Below the pieces are notes generated by a model. The model ran no database searches. It was not told where the DNA came from and worked only from the letters and a program-made list of their open reading frames with translations. Below are positions 14,328-30,344 of a stretch of DNA of 64,000 nucleotides, in pieces. The translations under genes were made by a program, and so were the position numbers. Source of the stretch: the human T2T-CHM13v2.0 reference genome, Homo sapiens; NCBI RefSeq assembly GCF_009914755.1, contig NC_060942.1; one strand, written 5' to 3'. Within the stretch, counting starts at the first letter, position 1. Each line of letters starts with the position of its first letter.

Positions 14328-17300
14328 ATGACAGGATCAAATTCACACATATCAATACTAACCTTGAATGTAAATGGGCTAAATGCCTCACTTAAAAGGC
14401 ACAGAATGGCCAGTTGGATAAAAAAACAAGACCCAATGGTATGCTGTCTTCAAGAGACCTATCTCACATGTAATGAAACTCATAGGGTCAAAATAAAGAA
14501 ATGGCGAAAAATCTACCAAGCAAATGGAAAACAGGAAAAAGGCAGGGATTGCAATCCTAATTTCAGACAAAACAGATTTCAAACCAACAAAGATCAAAAA
14601 AGACAAGGAAGAGCATTACATAATGGTTAAGGATTCAATTCAACAAGAAAACCGAACTCTCCTAAATATATATGCACCCAACACAAGAGCATCCAGATTC
14701 ATAAAGCAAGTCCTTAGAGCCCTACAAAGAGGCATAGACTCCCACACAATAATAGCGGGAGACTTCAACACTCCACTGACAGTATTAGACAGATCCTCGA
14801 AGCAGAAAATTAACAAAGATATTCAGGACTTAAACTCAGCATTGGACCAAATGGATCTGATAGACCTTTACAGAAATCTCCAACCTCCCCCGCACACCAA
14901 AAAAAGTATATACATTCTTCTCATTGCCACATGGCACATACTCTGAAATCAACCACATAATTGGACATAAAACAATTTGCAACAAATGTAAAAGAATCAA
15001 AATCATACCAAACAGACTCTCAGACCACAGTACAATAAAAATGGAATTCAACACAAAGAAAATAGCTCAACACCATACAATTACATAGAAATTAAACAAC
15101 ATGCTCCTGAATGACTTTTTGGTAAATAATGAAATTAAGGCAGCAATCAAGAAGTTCTTTAAAAATAATGAGAACAAATGTACAACATACCAGAATCTCT
15201 AGGATCATTAAGGCAGTATTAAGAGGGAAATTCATAGCACTAAATGCCCATCAAAAAGTTAGAAAGATCTCAAATTAACAACCTGACTTCACAACTGAAA
15301 GAATTAGAAAAGCAAGAACAAATAAACCCCAAAGCTAGCAGAAGACGAGAAATAACAAAAATCAGAGCTGAACTGAAGGAGATTGAGACACAAAAAACCA
15401 TTCAAAAGATCAATGAATCCAGGAGTTGTTTAATAAAATAGGCCTTTAGCTAGACTAATTAAGAAGAAAAGAGAGAAGATCCAAATAAACACAATTAGAA
15501 ATGACAATGGCAATGTTACTACTGACCCCACACAAATAAAATCAACTATCAGAAACTACTATGTACACCTCTACACACACAAACTAGAAAACCTAGAACA
15601 GATGGATAAATTTCTGGACACATATACCCTCTCAAGACTGAGCAAGGAAGAAATTGATTCCCTGAACAGACCAATAAGGAGCTCCAAAATTGAATCAGTA
15701 ATAAATAGCCTGCCAACCAAAAAAAGCCCAGGACCTGATGCATTCACAGCTGAATTGTACCAGATGTACAAAGAAGAGCTGGTATCATCCCTACAGAAAC
15801 TATTCCAAGAAATTGAGATACAACATGCCAGAATCTCTAGGACAGTTAAGTCAGTATTAAGAGGGAAATTCATAGCACTAAATGCCAGCATGAGGCCAGC
15901 ATCATTTTGATACCAAAACCTGGCAGAGACACAATAAAAAAAAAAGAAAACTTCAGGCCAATATCGCTGATGAACATCAATGCAAAAATCCTCAAAAAAA
16001 TATTTGCAAACCAAATCCAGCAGCACATCCAAAAGCTAATCCACCATGATCAAGTAGGCTTCATCCCTAGGATGCAAGGTTGGTTCAACATACTAAAATC
16101 AATAAATGTGATTCATCACGTAAACAGAACTAAAGACAAAACCACATGGTTATCTTAATAGATGCAGAAAACGCTTTTCTTAAATAAAATTCAACATCCT
16201 TTCATGTTGAAAACTCTCAATGAACTAGGTATGGAAGGAAAATACCTCAAAATAATAAGAGTCATATATGACAAACTCACAGCCAACATTATACTGAACA
16301 GGCAAAAGCTGGAAGCATTCCCCTTGAAAACCAGCACAAGACAAGGATGCCCTTTCTCACCACTTCTATTCAACATAGTATTGGAAGTTTTAGCTAGAGC
16401 AATCAGGCAAGAAAAATAAATAAATAAAGGGCATCCAAATCGGAAGAGGGGAAGTCAAACTATCTCTGTTTGCAGATGACATGATCCTATATCTAGAAAA
16501 CCCTATAGTCTTGGCCCAAAACCTCCTTCAGCTGATAAGTTTAGCAAAGTTGCAGGATACAAAATCAATGTACAAAAATCACTAGCATCCCTATACACCA
16601 ACAATAGCAAAATTGAGAGCCAAATCAGAAAGGCAATCCCATTCACAACTGCCACAAAAAAATAAATACCTCAGAATACAGCTAACCAAGGAGGTGAAAG
16701 ATCTCTACCATGAGAATTACAAAACACTGCTCAAAGAAACCCAAGAAGACACAAACAAATGGAAAAACATCCCCTTCTCATGGATAGGAAAAATCAATAT
16801 CATTAATATGGCTATACTTCCCAAAGCAATTTACAGATTCAATGCTATTCCTATCAAACTACAAAAAACATTCTTCACAGAACTAGAAAAAACAATTTTT
16901 AATTTATATGGAACCAAAAAAGAGCCCCAATAGCCAAGGCAATCCTAAGCAAAAAGAACAAAGCTGGAGGAAGTCACATTACCCAACTTCAAACTGTATT
17001 ATTATACAAGCTACAGTAACCAAAACAGTATCGCACTGGTACAAAAACAGGCACATAGACCAATTGAACAGAATAGAGATCCCAGAAGCAAGGCTGCACA
17101 TCTACGACCATCTGATCTTTGACAAAGCTGACAAAAATAAGCAATGGGGAAAAGGCTCCCTATTCAGTAAATGGTGCTGTGATAACTGGCTAGCCATACA
17201 CAGAAGATTGAAACTGGACCACCATAAACAAAAATCAACTCCAGATGGGTTAAAGACTTAAATGTAAAACCCAAAACTATGAAAACCCTGGAAGATAACT

Positions 17301-18460
17301 TAGGCAATACCATCCTGGACATAGGAACAGGCAAAGATTTCATGACAAAGACACCAAAAGAAATTGCAACAAAAGCAAAAATTAAAAAATGGGATCTAAT
17401 TAAACTTAAGAGCTTCTGCACAGCAAAGAAAACTATCAACAGAGTAAAAAGACAACCCTACAGAATGGGGGAAAACATTTGCAAACTATGCATCTGACAA
17501 AGGTCTAATATCCAGCATCTATAAGGAACTTAAATATACAAGAGAAAAACAAACAACTCCATTAAAAAGTGGACAAAGGACATGAAAAGACACTTCTCAA
17601 AAGAAGACATACATGCCGCCAACAAGCATATGAAGAAAAGTTCAATATCACTGGTCATCAGAGAAATGCAAATGAAAACCACAATGAGATACCATCTCAC
17701 ACCAGTCAGAATGCCTATTATTAAAAAGTCAAAAAATAACAGATGTGGTGAGGTTGCAGAGAAAACTGAACGCTTATACACAGTTGGTGGGAGTGTAAAT
17801 TAGTTCAGCCATTGTGGAAAGCAGCATAGCAATTCCTCAAAGAGCTGAAAACAGAACTATCATTCAACCCAGCAATCCCATTACTGGGTACATACCCAGA
17901 GCAATATAAAGCATTCTGCCATAAAGACACATGCACGCGAATGTTCATTGCAGCACTATTAACAATAGCAAAGACATGGAATCAACCTAAATGCCCATCA
18001 ATGAGAGACTGATAAAGAAAATGTGGTACATATGCACCATGGAGTATTATGCAGCCATAAAAAGGAATGAGATCAGCCGGGCACAGTGGTTCACACCTGT
18101 AATCCCAGCACGTTGGGAGGCTGAGGCAGGCAGATCACAAGGTCAGGAGATTGAGACCATCCTGGCTAACACAGTAAAACCCCACCTCTACTAAAAACAC
18201 AAAAAATTAGCCAGGCATGGTGGTGAGCGCCTGTAGTCCCAGCTACTCAGGAGGCTGAGGCAGGAGGCGGAGCTTGCAGTGAGCCGAGATCGCGCCACTG
18301 CACTCCAGCCTGCGGGACAGAGTGATATTCCGTCTCAAAAAAAAAAAGAATGAGATCATGTCTTTTGCAGGAATGTGGATGGAGCTGGAGGCTATCATCC
18401 TTAGCAAACTAACAAAGGAATAGAAAACCAAAGACTGCATGTTCTCACTTAGAAGTGACA
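14328..18460 (+). pseudogene. L1 ORF2 (endonuclease/reverse transcriptase), many frameshifts and stops
   Basis: ORF fragments 14328-14630, 14524-14946, 15602-15910, 15907-16158, 16162-16419, 16613-16933, 17582-17803 all match L1 ORF2p. Confidence 0.93.
18076..18345 (+). mobile_element. AluY-like inserted in L1 ORF2 3' end
   Basis: Y diagnostics GAGACCATCCTGGCTAACAC and GGAGCTTGCAGTGAGCCGAGATCGCGCC; TSD GAATGAGATCA; internal deletion at ~18266. Confidence 0.92.
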
Positions 18461-18729
18461 GCTAAATGATAAGAACTTAAAAACACAAAGAAAGACACAA
18501 AAGACACTGGGTCTACTTGATGGGGGAGGGTGAGAGAAAGGAGAGGAGCAGAAAACATAACTATTGGGTACTGAGCTTAATACTTGCAGGATGTAATAAA
18601 ATGTATCACAAACCCCTGTGACACATGTTTATATATGTAACAAACCTTCACATGTACCCCCAAACCTAAAATGAAATTTTTTTAAAATGAGGCAGATATG
18701 TGTGCACTGATAAAGAATAATCTATACAA

Positions 18730-19028
18730 TTTTTTTTGTTGGTTTTTGTTTGTTTGCTTGTTTGTTTGTTTTTTGAGACAGGGTCTCACTCTGTAGCCCA
18801 GGCTGAAGTCTGGAGTGCAGTGATGCAATCATGCGATCCTCCCCTTCAGTCTCCTAAATAGCCAGGACCACAGGTGTGTGTCTCCACACCAGGCTAACTT
18901 TTTATTTTTTGTAAAGATAGGATCCCACTATGTTGCCCAGGCTGGTCTCAAGCTCCTGGGCTGAAGCAATTCTCCTGTCTCAGTTTCCCAAAGTGTTGTG
19001 ATTATAGGTGTGAGCCACCATGCCCAGC
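18730..19028 (-). mobile_element. Alu (AluJ-like, internally deleted)
   Basis: TTTG-rich tail, antisense Alu body ending GAGCCACCATGCCCAGC. Confidence 0.9.
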
Positions 19029-19171
19029 TATATATAATGTTATTATTAAATAAGACAATCAGGACACAGAATAGTGTGTGCAATGTGCTACTATTTGTGT
19101 GAAAAATAAAATGTATTTATATTTATGGACACACACAAATATTTGTATTTGCAGAAAATGTGATATTTGAG

Positions 19172-19346
19172 GTTGGCCTGTCAGATAAAATTTAGGATAC
19201 CCAGTTACATTTTAATTTTAAGTTAACAATGAATAATTTTTATTATATTCCATTCAATATTTGGGATGAAAAAGTATTCATTTTCATCTGAAATTCAAAC
19301 TTAACTGGGAAACCTGTGTTGATATTTGCTAAATTTGGCAATCCTA
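19172..19346. mobile_element. MER53-like palindromic hAT MITE
   Basis: CAGATAAAATTTAGGATACCCAGTTA...TTTTCATCTGAAATTCAAACTTAACTGGG...GCTAAATTTGGCAATCCTA; imperfect self-complementary arms. Confidence 0.75.
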
Positions 19347-20299
19347 CTTTGAGGTGATGAAGGTTAGTATTAAGATATGTAATCAAATATGCAGTTTAGT
19401 ATTCTATTCTCAAAAATCTAACATGATGGCATGCACACACACAGAAAAGGCAACCAATAACCCCGTCTCCCCTGCCAAGCACATTTGCACATTGGATTCC
19501 ATTTGCACAGTGCCCCTGGAGGTGTGGGGTGCAGTGTCCTGGTCCGAGAACAGCAGGCTGAATTGCCGGGAGGCGGTCCTGCTGGTGAAGGCGACTCATC
19601 ACCCAAGGAAGTTCCTGGCACTTGTTATAGAGCATCCTGTATCTGTCCTTCAGGCACCAGTGGAGCTGAGGGTGATTCCCGGCCGTACGTGCAGTTGAGA
19701 TGCTTCAAGAATTTTCTTCCGGTCTAACCTCAAGAACAGCCACACAAAGTAGCTGCAATCATTCAGTTTCCTCCGGGACCGCATTCTCCCCACCCCGACC
19801 CCAAGTCCCCTCTGCTCTTATGGCCATGTGGAATTTGTGCTTATATTTTGTTGGCAATTGGATTCAAACACATTACAGTATTTTGAATTGAGGGATTCAA
19901 AAATTATTATTATATTCCCTTTGCAGCTACCTATAGTTATTTATGCAGTAAATTCTGTTTAAACTCACTTGAGTGGGCCCCTGCTAACTACTGAAGGGCT
20001 GTTAGTAGCAAATTTGTCCAAGGACAAATAAATCATTGAAGCCAGTTCTCCTTCCCCTCCTACAGGGTGAAAGAAATACTTCCCCTGGGGTAGGAAGAGG
20101 GGTGAAAGCTCCCTCCTACCCTTTCTCAAAAGCTCTGCTCAAACCCAGCGGACTCCGTTCCCTGCCAGCAGCTGTGACTGCTGAAAGCCTGGCGTTCAGT
20201 ATCATTTCCAAGCTCGCCCAGGGGCTGCCAGGAGCATGGCAGGGTGCTGACTGCTGCAGAGGCAGGTGGCTTCAGCCAAAGGGATTCGAAAGACTGTCC

Positions 20300-21060
20300 C
20301 ACCCCACCCCAGCCCTCTCGCTAAGACTAAGTTCAGAGAGGTCGCGTGACGTGTCCAAGGTTGCGAGGCTGGTTAGCAGCCAAGCAGGGCCTGCCGTCCT
20401 GCCGTGTCGGACAGGGACCTTGGGCAGCTTCTCATACCCTTCCGCTGCCTTCTTCTTTCTCTTCTTGGTCCAACAACACCTCCGCAGCACCCCCACCTCC
20501 AGCCCCCTACCTGGGCTGCCTTTCCCCTTCCAGGCTTTAATAAAATGTCACACCACCAGGCGGAGGCTCCCACTTCTGGAGAAGGCTTGAGGAGCCAGGT
20601 GCTGCCCCAGAAGGCAGGGCAGTGGCCCCCACGGAGTGTGTCTTGACTAGTTGGAAAGAGAAGTTAGGAGAGAAGTAAGCAGACGGTGCCCACTCACCCT
20701 CCTCTACCCCTGCCCCCAGCAGCCTGCTCCACACGCAGCCTCTCCTTGCAAATCTCCAGATGGGTCCACCACGCTGGGCACGGGCCCAGGCCTGCCTGCG
20801 AGCTCACAGGGTGCATTGACCCACGTGGCAAGGCATCACGTCACTTCGCGCTTTTCCCCGCCTCGCTCCCTCTATCTCCTCATTCTCACTGCTCACGGCT
20901 CAAACCTCCCAAATAAAACGCTGGGACTCGAATTCTCGCTGTGGCTCTGCTTTTCAGAGGACCCTGGCCCGAACATCACTGATAGCCAGACTCAACACTG
21001 AGGCTGCTGGTGCCTCCCAGCACATCCTTAACACATCGCTGGCACCCGGGTTCTCATCGC
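20300..21060. promoter_or_regulatory. CpG-enriched candidate regulatory region (MIR fragment plus old LTR 3' end)
   Basis: about 16 CpG in 20680-20980 against a CpG-poor background; CACGTG E-box at 20822, CRE-like TCACGTCA, AATAAA plus LTR-like terminus. Confidence 0.45.
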
Positions 21061-21120
21061 AGGGACTGCTTCTAGGAAATCCAACCTAAAACACCATTTG
21101 GTTTTAAAACACTTTTCATA

Positions 21121-21249
21121 GGCGGCACGGTGACTCACGCCTGTAATCCCAGACCTTTGGAAGGCCAAGGCAGGAGGATCACTTGAGCCCAGGAGTTTGA
21201 GACCAGCCTGGGAACATAGCAAGACCTCATCTCAGTAACAAAAAAGAAA
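21121..21249 (+). mobile_element. FLAM / Alu left monomer
   Basis: single Alu monomer followed by A-rich tail. Confidence 0.88.
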
Positions 21250-21284
21250 TATTTTTTTTTTCTTAAACGACTGAGCACTTATAG

Positions 21285-21491
21285 CCCTCCCAATGCTCTT
21301 TCCCTGCCTGATTATCCCCATAGTATTTAGCACCATGTAAGTTATTTTATTTTCTTTCCCTTGCCTTCCTAATAGAGTGTAAGTTCCATGACGGCCTGGA
21401 CTTCTGCCAGTTTTGTTCACTGCTGTTCCCTCAGCACATAGAACAGTGCCTGCCACAGGTAAGCACACTAAGTGTTTGTTGAATGAATGAA
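21285..21491 (+). mobile_element. L2 3' end
   Basis: AGAGTGTAAGTTCCATGA...CAGCACATAGAACAGTGCCTG...TGTTGAATGAATGAA. Confidence 0.85.
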
Positions 21492-21927
21492 GGTACCAAG
21501 GATTGGGCTACAAGCCAAAAATAAAACAATGAACAGGAAAGACATGGCCCCAAGCCCCAGAAAGCTTCGTCTAAAGGGAAGATGCATCATTAAACGTCAT
21601 CCCGTGTCTCCTACTCTTCAGATGATCCCAGTTGCCTTGCTTTATGGTATTCTACGTTGGAGTTCCATTTCATCATCTAATTTGGGGTCTTTGCATTCTC
21701 AAGGGATTAATTCCAATATGTTCTGCTTGTGGCACCTGTTTGCACCAAGGATGGGTTTTTCTGGCCTTGCAGCTCTTTAAACATCAGCAGCCTCTCCAGC
21801 CCATGTTTTCTCCTGCCTTTTATGTTGTTTCATCAGAAATTAGTGTCCTTTTTCTGCAGGAATCATGGAGCACATGTTTCTAATCCTACTTCTGGTCAGA
21901 ATACATAGTTGTGTTCCATTTGGGATC

Positions 21928-22449
21928 TGTGGCAGAGACTGTCAGATGTCTACCCATCAGCCATCCCACCCTTTCTCCTTAATAACAAAACTCTGATATT
22001 ATTTGCAGCCCAGTGGTCTATAGAGCAAGCCTGTACCAGCTCCCAAGAGCCAATTAGTAGATTTGCAGGAATTGGGTAAACTAATCATTAAACCATTGGT
22101 AGCTTGAAATTAACCATGGTGGTAGTATTTATACTGCAGAAATTAGCAAATGCTACAATCAGGAGTTTCTTTCTCTCTCCCTGCCATCTCCCACTTTGGG
22201 GTGGGGGGAGGATAAAACTGGCTTACCAGCACATCACTAGGGGGTGAATACGTACCCAGCTAAAAGACTACATTTCCCAGCCTCCCTTGCAGGAAGATAT
22301 GGCGAACTGGATGAAGCTGGTCCCTAATGACTTAAAGGCCCTGGTTACCTAACTCCAGGGCAAAAATCAACTTCTGCTTTTTTAAAAGCCATTTTTTAGT
22401 TGAGAGTTTTTTTTATTACCTGTAGTGATGCCTGATCCTAACTGATCCA
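21928..22449 (+). mobile_element. MaLR LTR (MLT1I/J-like) carrying a MER63-like hAT insertion at ~22011-22240
   Basis: TGTGGCAGAGACTG start, CCCAGCTAAAAGACTACATTTCCCAGCCTCCCTTGC, CCTAACTGATCCA end; internal CAGTGGT...CCAGCACATCACTA element. Confidence 0.7.
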
Positions 22450-22898
22450 GGGTCCAGCTGAAAGTTTGTTTCTCATCAAGGAGATACATATTTCCTATGC
22501 AATACCATTAATGTCCCGGGCCACAGTGGCTCGCAGGCATTACTGCTTAATTATATTGTGCCCTTCATCAGGTAGGCTGCAGTTGCCACCTACCTTACCT
22601 TCAGACTTACTCTCTATGAAGTGGCCACTGATGTTTTCTTCTTCAATTTTGACATATGACAAATGACTAAAGTCCATCACAAGTCCTGAATCCTTCTAGA
22701 AATTGCTTTATGGTATTCTACCTTGGAGTTCAGCCACTTTCACACACCACAGCAACTGGCTAGTGCCTTCTGCCACTGGATGGTGTCCTCACGCCAGGAG
22801 CTAAGCTCAGACCATGAGTCTGCAAGAGGAGAAGGGCATTTCAGGGGGATCAGCTCAGGCACACAGAGTCCAGCTCCAACTAAAAAACACCATGGATG

Positions 22899-23336
<438 letters not shown>

Positions 23337-24990
23337 TCAATGGGTCAATGTGGAAAAAATTTAATCTGTTTACAAGATGATTGAGTGATCAATTGATTTT
23401 TACTGAATTAACTTAATTAACCAGCTGTTAGGCCTTATATATGTAATCTCTAAATTTACAAAATAAGCCTTATAAAACAAAATTAGCCAATTTCACTACT
23501 GAATAATCACTGAAATCACCCTGAAAGACAGACATGTGTACTTATGAAGCGTGACAATGTGTCATTCAAGGAAAGTGGTTTTTGAAAATTCGTATTTAAT
23601 GCCTTTTTAAAATTACAACTCTATTAGGGATAGAAATAAAATAAGTACATGCCTCTTTTGTTCCTATTGATTAGACTAATTTAATCTGATCAATTTTAAA
23701 CCGGGGGGGGGGGGTGCTATTTTAGTAAAATGAAAGTGAAGATGACCTGTCTGTGTAAGTCCAAGAAGAATTGCAATGTTGCATTTCAAATGTAGTGTAT
23801 CAAAAAATTACGCATTTGAAACCAGACTGAAGGCTTATTATCATAAAGATAATTAAGCATGCTTCGGTGGCTTTTGCAGGCAACTGAAATGTCTTTTGGG
23901 TACTGCCTATTTACATTCATTCCTAAACGGTATCCACCGCCATTCATATCTTGCTGTGGGAACACCCAGCTGTCTAACTTGTAGTTTCTTAATTGAGGTC
24001 AATTCTCTTACTTTGCTCAGGACAGGTAAATCTACCTCCAAGAAATTGCAATGGTCAAAGGCAGTGTGAACTCATAAAAATCACCATTCCCTGACACTTT
24101 TTAATGTGATAATACAATTGTCTGCCCAAAACTGAGATGCTTTTTTAAATAGAAGAGAACAAATATGTGTTTAGAATGAACATCTCTTTTCTATTCCTAT
24201 TTTTACCTCTTTAGAAGAATTTTGCATATAAATAATTTTGTTTTTTAGTTTATTTCTAGAAATAACCATATCTACTTGTAAATCATTATTTGGGCCCTGT
24301 TGGGTTTTTTAAGCAACTAATATTATACTGTTATAAATATATTGTAATATATAAACTAATTATATCGTTATAAATTATTAGTTATTAATGTCAACTAAAG
24401 TTTTTCCATGTATTGATTCCTTTCAAAGTTATATTTAGGATTACGAAGTTCTATAGACATTGAGTTTTATATAAAGGTAACAGAAAAAAATGTAGAAATA
24501 TCATAAAAATAATGTAACAGCCCTTTGGGATTATAACTGATTTATGCTCATATTATCAAAATTGGAAGTTTGGTAGAGAGGATTTAAAGCCAGGAGAACT
24601 GGTTTCTGGCTCCAGGACTCATTGTAATGAGCTGCAAGTCATTGGCAAAATGTCTTCAGGTCTCCTTATGTTCCTCAAACCAAACCAAATCTCACCTAAT
24701 CTTTGTGGATAATGACTGTGCCATGAGCCACACTGCTCAGTTGTGGGGATCAAAACAGAATTTCTGAAAGTTTTTTTTTTTAAGCCTTGATTTAAGAAGT
24801 GACTGATGGAAGAGGCCCCAAGTTTTTGTTTGTTGATTTGTTTCCTTGTGTGTTTTTAAGCAGGAACTTAAAGAGGATGAAAAGCTGTAGATACAAGTGG
24901 TTCTGAGAAGGCAAAGCTCTGCATTACCCTTTGTCTTTTATTTTGAAAAACAGATGAAAAAGAAGGTTAGGAAAAATTCACAGCAAGTTA

Positions 24991-25322
<332 letters not shown>

Positions 25323-26005
25323 ATAAATGACTATGCAGATTGCCTTAAACTTAGGAACATATCAGATGTCCCACTACAAAAAAGAAGGTATTTTTCAAGT
25401 GATATAAATAAGGAACTAATGCAGAAATTCAATTTTCCATGTCATACTAAATGTGAAGTGTTTTAGAAAGTGTGAGATAATACATAAGTGCAAGCTGTTA
25501 TCGCATTTTTTTAAAAGCTAGAAAATAAGAATTGTCAAGTGACAGTGACATATGTTAATGCAGAAAGTCATCTACTTTTCAGATGATCTTGATAATCTCT
25601 ACTGGTGAAGTGCAGCATACAGATATCAGTAAATGTCGCTGCTATTTGAGGAGCATCGTTACTCTCCAAGCCCCTCACAACAGGTGAACAACTGGTCTCC
25701 AACACTGCCCTCTCCAGGTTGGGCAGGATGGACATGAGGGCAAGTGCAATTTGTCTAAGGATGTCCAGAACAAGCTTTGTGAGTGCACACGTCCCAAACC
25801 GTAGCACAAACCTGACAGCAAGTTAGAATAGGCTCTGTTAGAGAGGATGTGAGGGACGTTCCCTAAGTGTGGCACATGAAGAAAACCCACACATATGAGA
25901 ACCTACTTTATGCAAGGAGCAGGCCTATCTATAATAGTTGATGGATATGGGGCAAGAATACAAATGTAGATTCATATACTATATATCTAGATATTTGAAA
26001 GTTAT

Positions 26006-26425
26006 GGCCACGCACAGCGGCTCACACCTGTAATCTCAACACTTTGAGAGGCCAAGGCAGGTGATTGCTTCAGCCCAGGAGTTCAAGACCAGCTTGGGCA
26101 ACATGGTGAACCCTGTCTCTACAAAAATTAGCCTGGCGTGGTGGTGCATGCCTGTAGTCCCAGCTACTCAGGAAGCTGAGGTGGGAGGATTGATTGAGCC
26201 TGGAAGGTCAAGGCTGCAATGAGGCAAGATCACACCACTGCACTCCAAGCTGGGCCACAGGGTGACACCCTGTCGGAAGGAAGGAAGGAAGGGAGGGAGA
26301 GAGGGAGGGAGGAAGGAAGGAAGGAAGGAAAGAAGGAAGGAAGGAATGAAGGAAGGAAGGAAGGAAGGAAGGAAAGAAAAGGAAGCAAGGAAAGAAGGAA
26401 GGAGAAAAGAAAGAAAAGAAAAGAA
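26006..26425 (+). mobile_element. Alu (AluJ-like) with expanded (GGAA)n tail
   Basis: Alu body 26006-26273; purine repeat 26274-26425; TSD AAAGTTA. Confidence 0.93.
26274..26425 (+). repeat. (GGAA)n/(GAAA)n polypurine microsatellite
   Basis: direct reading of sequence. Confidence 0.95.
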
Positions 26426-27499
26426 AAGTTACAAAGCAAGCTAATGGCTGGAAAATAAAATACAACCTATCCCCCTTCCTAATAATCTGGAAGGCCAGTC
26501 TCACATGTAGAATGTTCAGCCTCCTTGGAATTCTGCACCAGAACATGGCGATTGGCCATCTACTTTCTCTTTCCATCCTCAGCTTCACTGTGCACCCAAA
26601 AGGGCCCAGTGGGTGCCTGGTCTTGATGCTCCAACTTGCACATCGAGCCTCTCCTCACTGTTTCCAATAGCTGTTGCTTGGCTGCCCCGCCCAGCTAAAG
26701 AGTGCATGAACCAGGGATGCCATTCACCCTGATCTGGAGGAGAGGCTGGTGCAGGCCTTAGATGTGGGCTCAAGGAATGTTTGGGTGGAGAGTTCCAGGG
26801 ACCCCAGTGTTCACAGCATGGCTTGGAAGAGGGACACATGGGTTCCAGTGGGCACTTCCCCTTGACCCCATGACTCCACTCCCTGTAAGGGTCATGGCTG
26901 GAGGAGGGCTGAAGTAGGGGACTCTCAAGCACCAGATGGAAAGGAAGCCCCATTGCCTGGGTCCAAGGGCGATGCTGGCAGGGACCGCCAAGATAAAGTT
27001 GTAATAAGGTGAGTCAGTTCATCACAATACTTTTGACCCACAGGTGGTTTCTGTTTCTTCCAGGTAATACAAGACATTTTAATTATCTGCTCAGAACTGT
27101 ATCCTTAATATTCCAGAGTGATCCATAATAAAACAGTAAGCAAAGGAATTTGTCTTCTAGACCATGGGTAGCCAAGTGGCAAGAAGACTTCCATTTAGTG
27201 AAGGTAGGCACTACATTTAATATGCACTGGGCTCATCCTCTTGTCTTCCTTCCCTTTCAGAACAATAACGTTCCAACAGCATCAGGTAGACCCAAGCAAA
27301 GTAGGGGTCTGCCTGGATGGCGAGGGGTGGAAAGGAGCCCTGCAGAGAGTGAGGAGGTCCCCACAGGGGGCTGGCCTGGCACGGGGATCAGACCAACCTG
27401 TGTAGGGTGAGCAGGCCCTCCCTGGTGGGGTAAGGAGGGTGTTTGCAGAGAGAGGTGGGCAGGGCAGTTGTAGTGATGGAAGACTTGGTATAGCTTGGA

Positions 27500-30344
<2,845 letters not shown>

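Larger units (their letters stand above)
11072..18685 (+). mobile_element. full-length LINE-1 (older L1PA, about L1PA11-13), ORF1/ORF2 inactivated
   Basis: 5' GGTGGCCAAGATGGCTGAC (YY1-like), about 2.2 kb 5'UTR with internal ~270-bp repeats, ORF1 relic ~13250-14250, ORF2 from 14328 (MTGSNSHISILTLNVNGLN; EN, RT and C-terminal fragments in ORF track), 3'UTR; TSD AATGAGGCAG at 11062-11071 and 18686-18695. Confidence 0.96.
25920..26978 (+). mobile_element. hAT non-autonomous element (MER115-like) split by Alu
   Basis: GGGGCAAGAATACAAATG...GAAAGTTA|Alu|CAAAGCAAGCTAA...CTGGAAGGCCAG..., ends CCTGGGTCCAAGGGCGATGCTG. Confidence 0.55.

Noticed and set aside
20036-20590. 184-aa ORF in GC-rich region
   Set aside because: Non-ATG start, crosses a MIR fragment, no recognisable domain; expected by chance at this GC content
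25583-25778. Possible plus-strand exon (TTTTCAG...TTT|GTGAGT) whose translation includes STGEV, reminiscent of THEMIS CABIT domain
   Set aside because: Only five residues match, the donor is weak and stops occur in all frames. My unverified recollection that a human AKR1B1 retrocopy lies near a THEMIS3 pseudogene could not be supported from the sequence and needs tBLASTn.
26208-26588. ORFs with PSFL/EGRK repeats
   Set aside because: Translation of the (GGAA)n microsatellite
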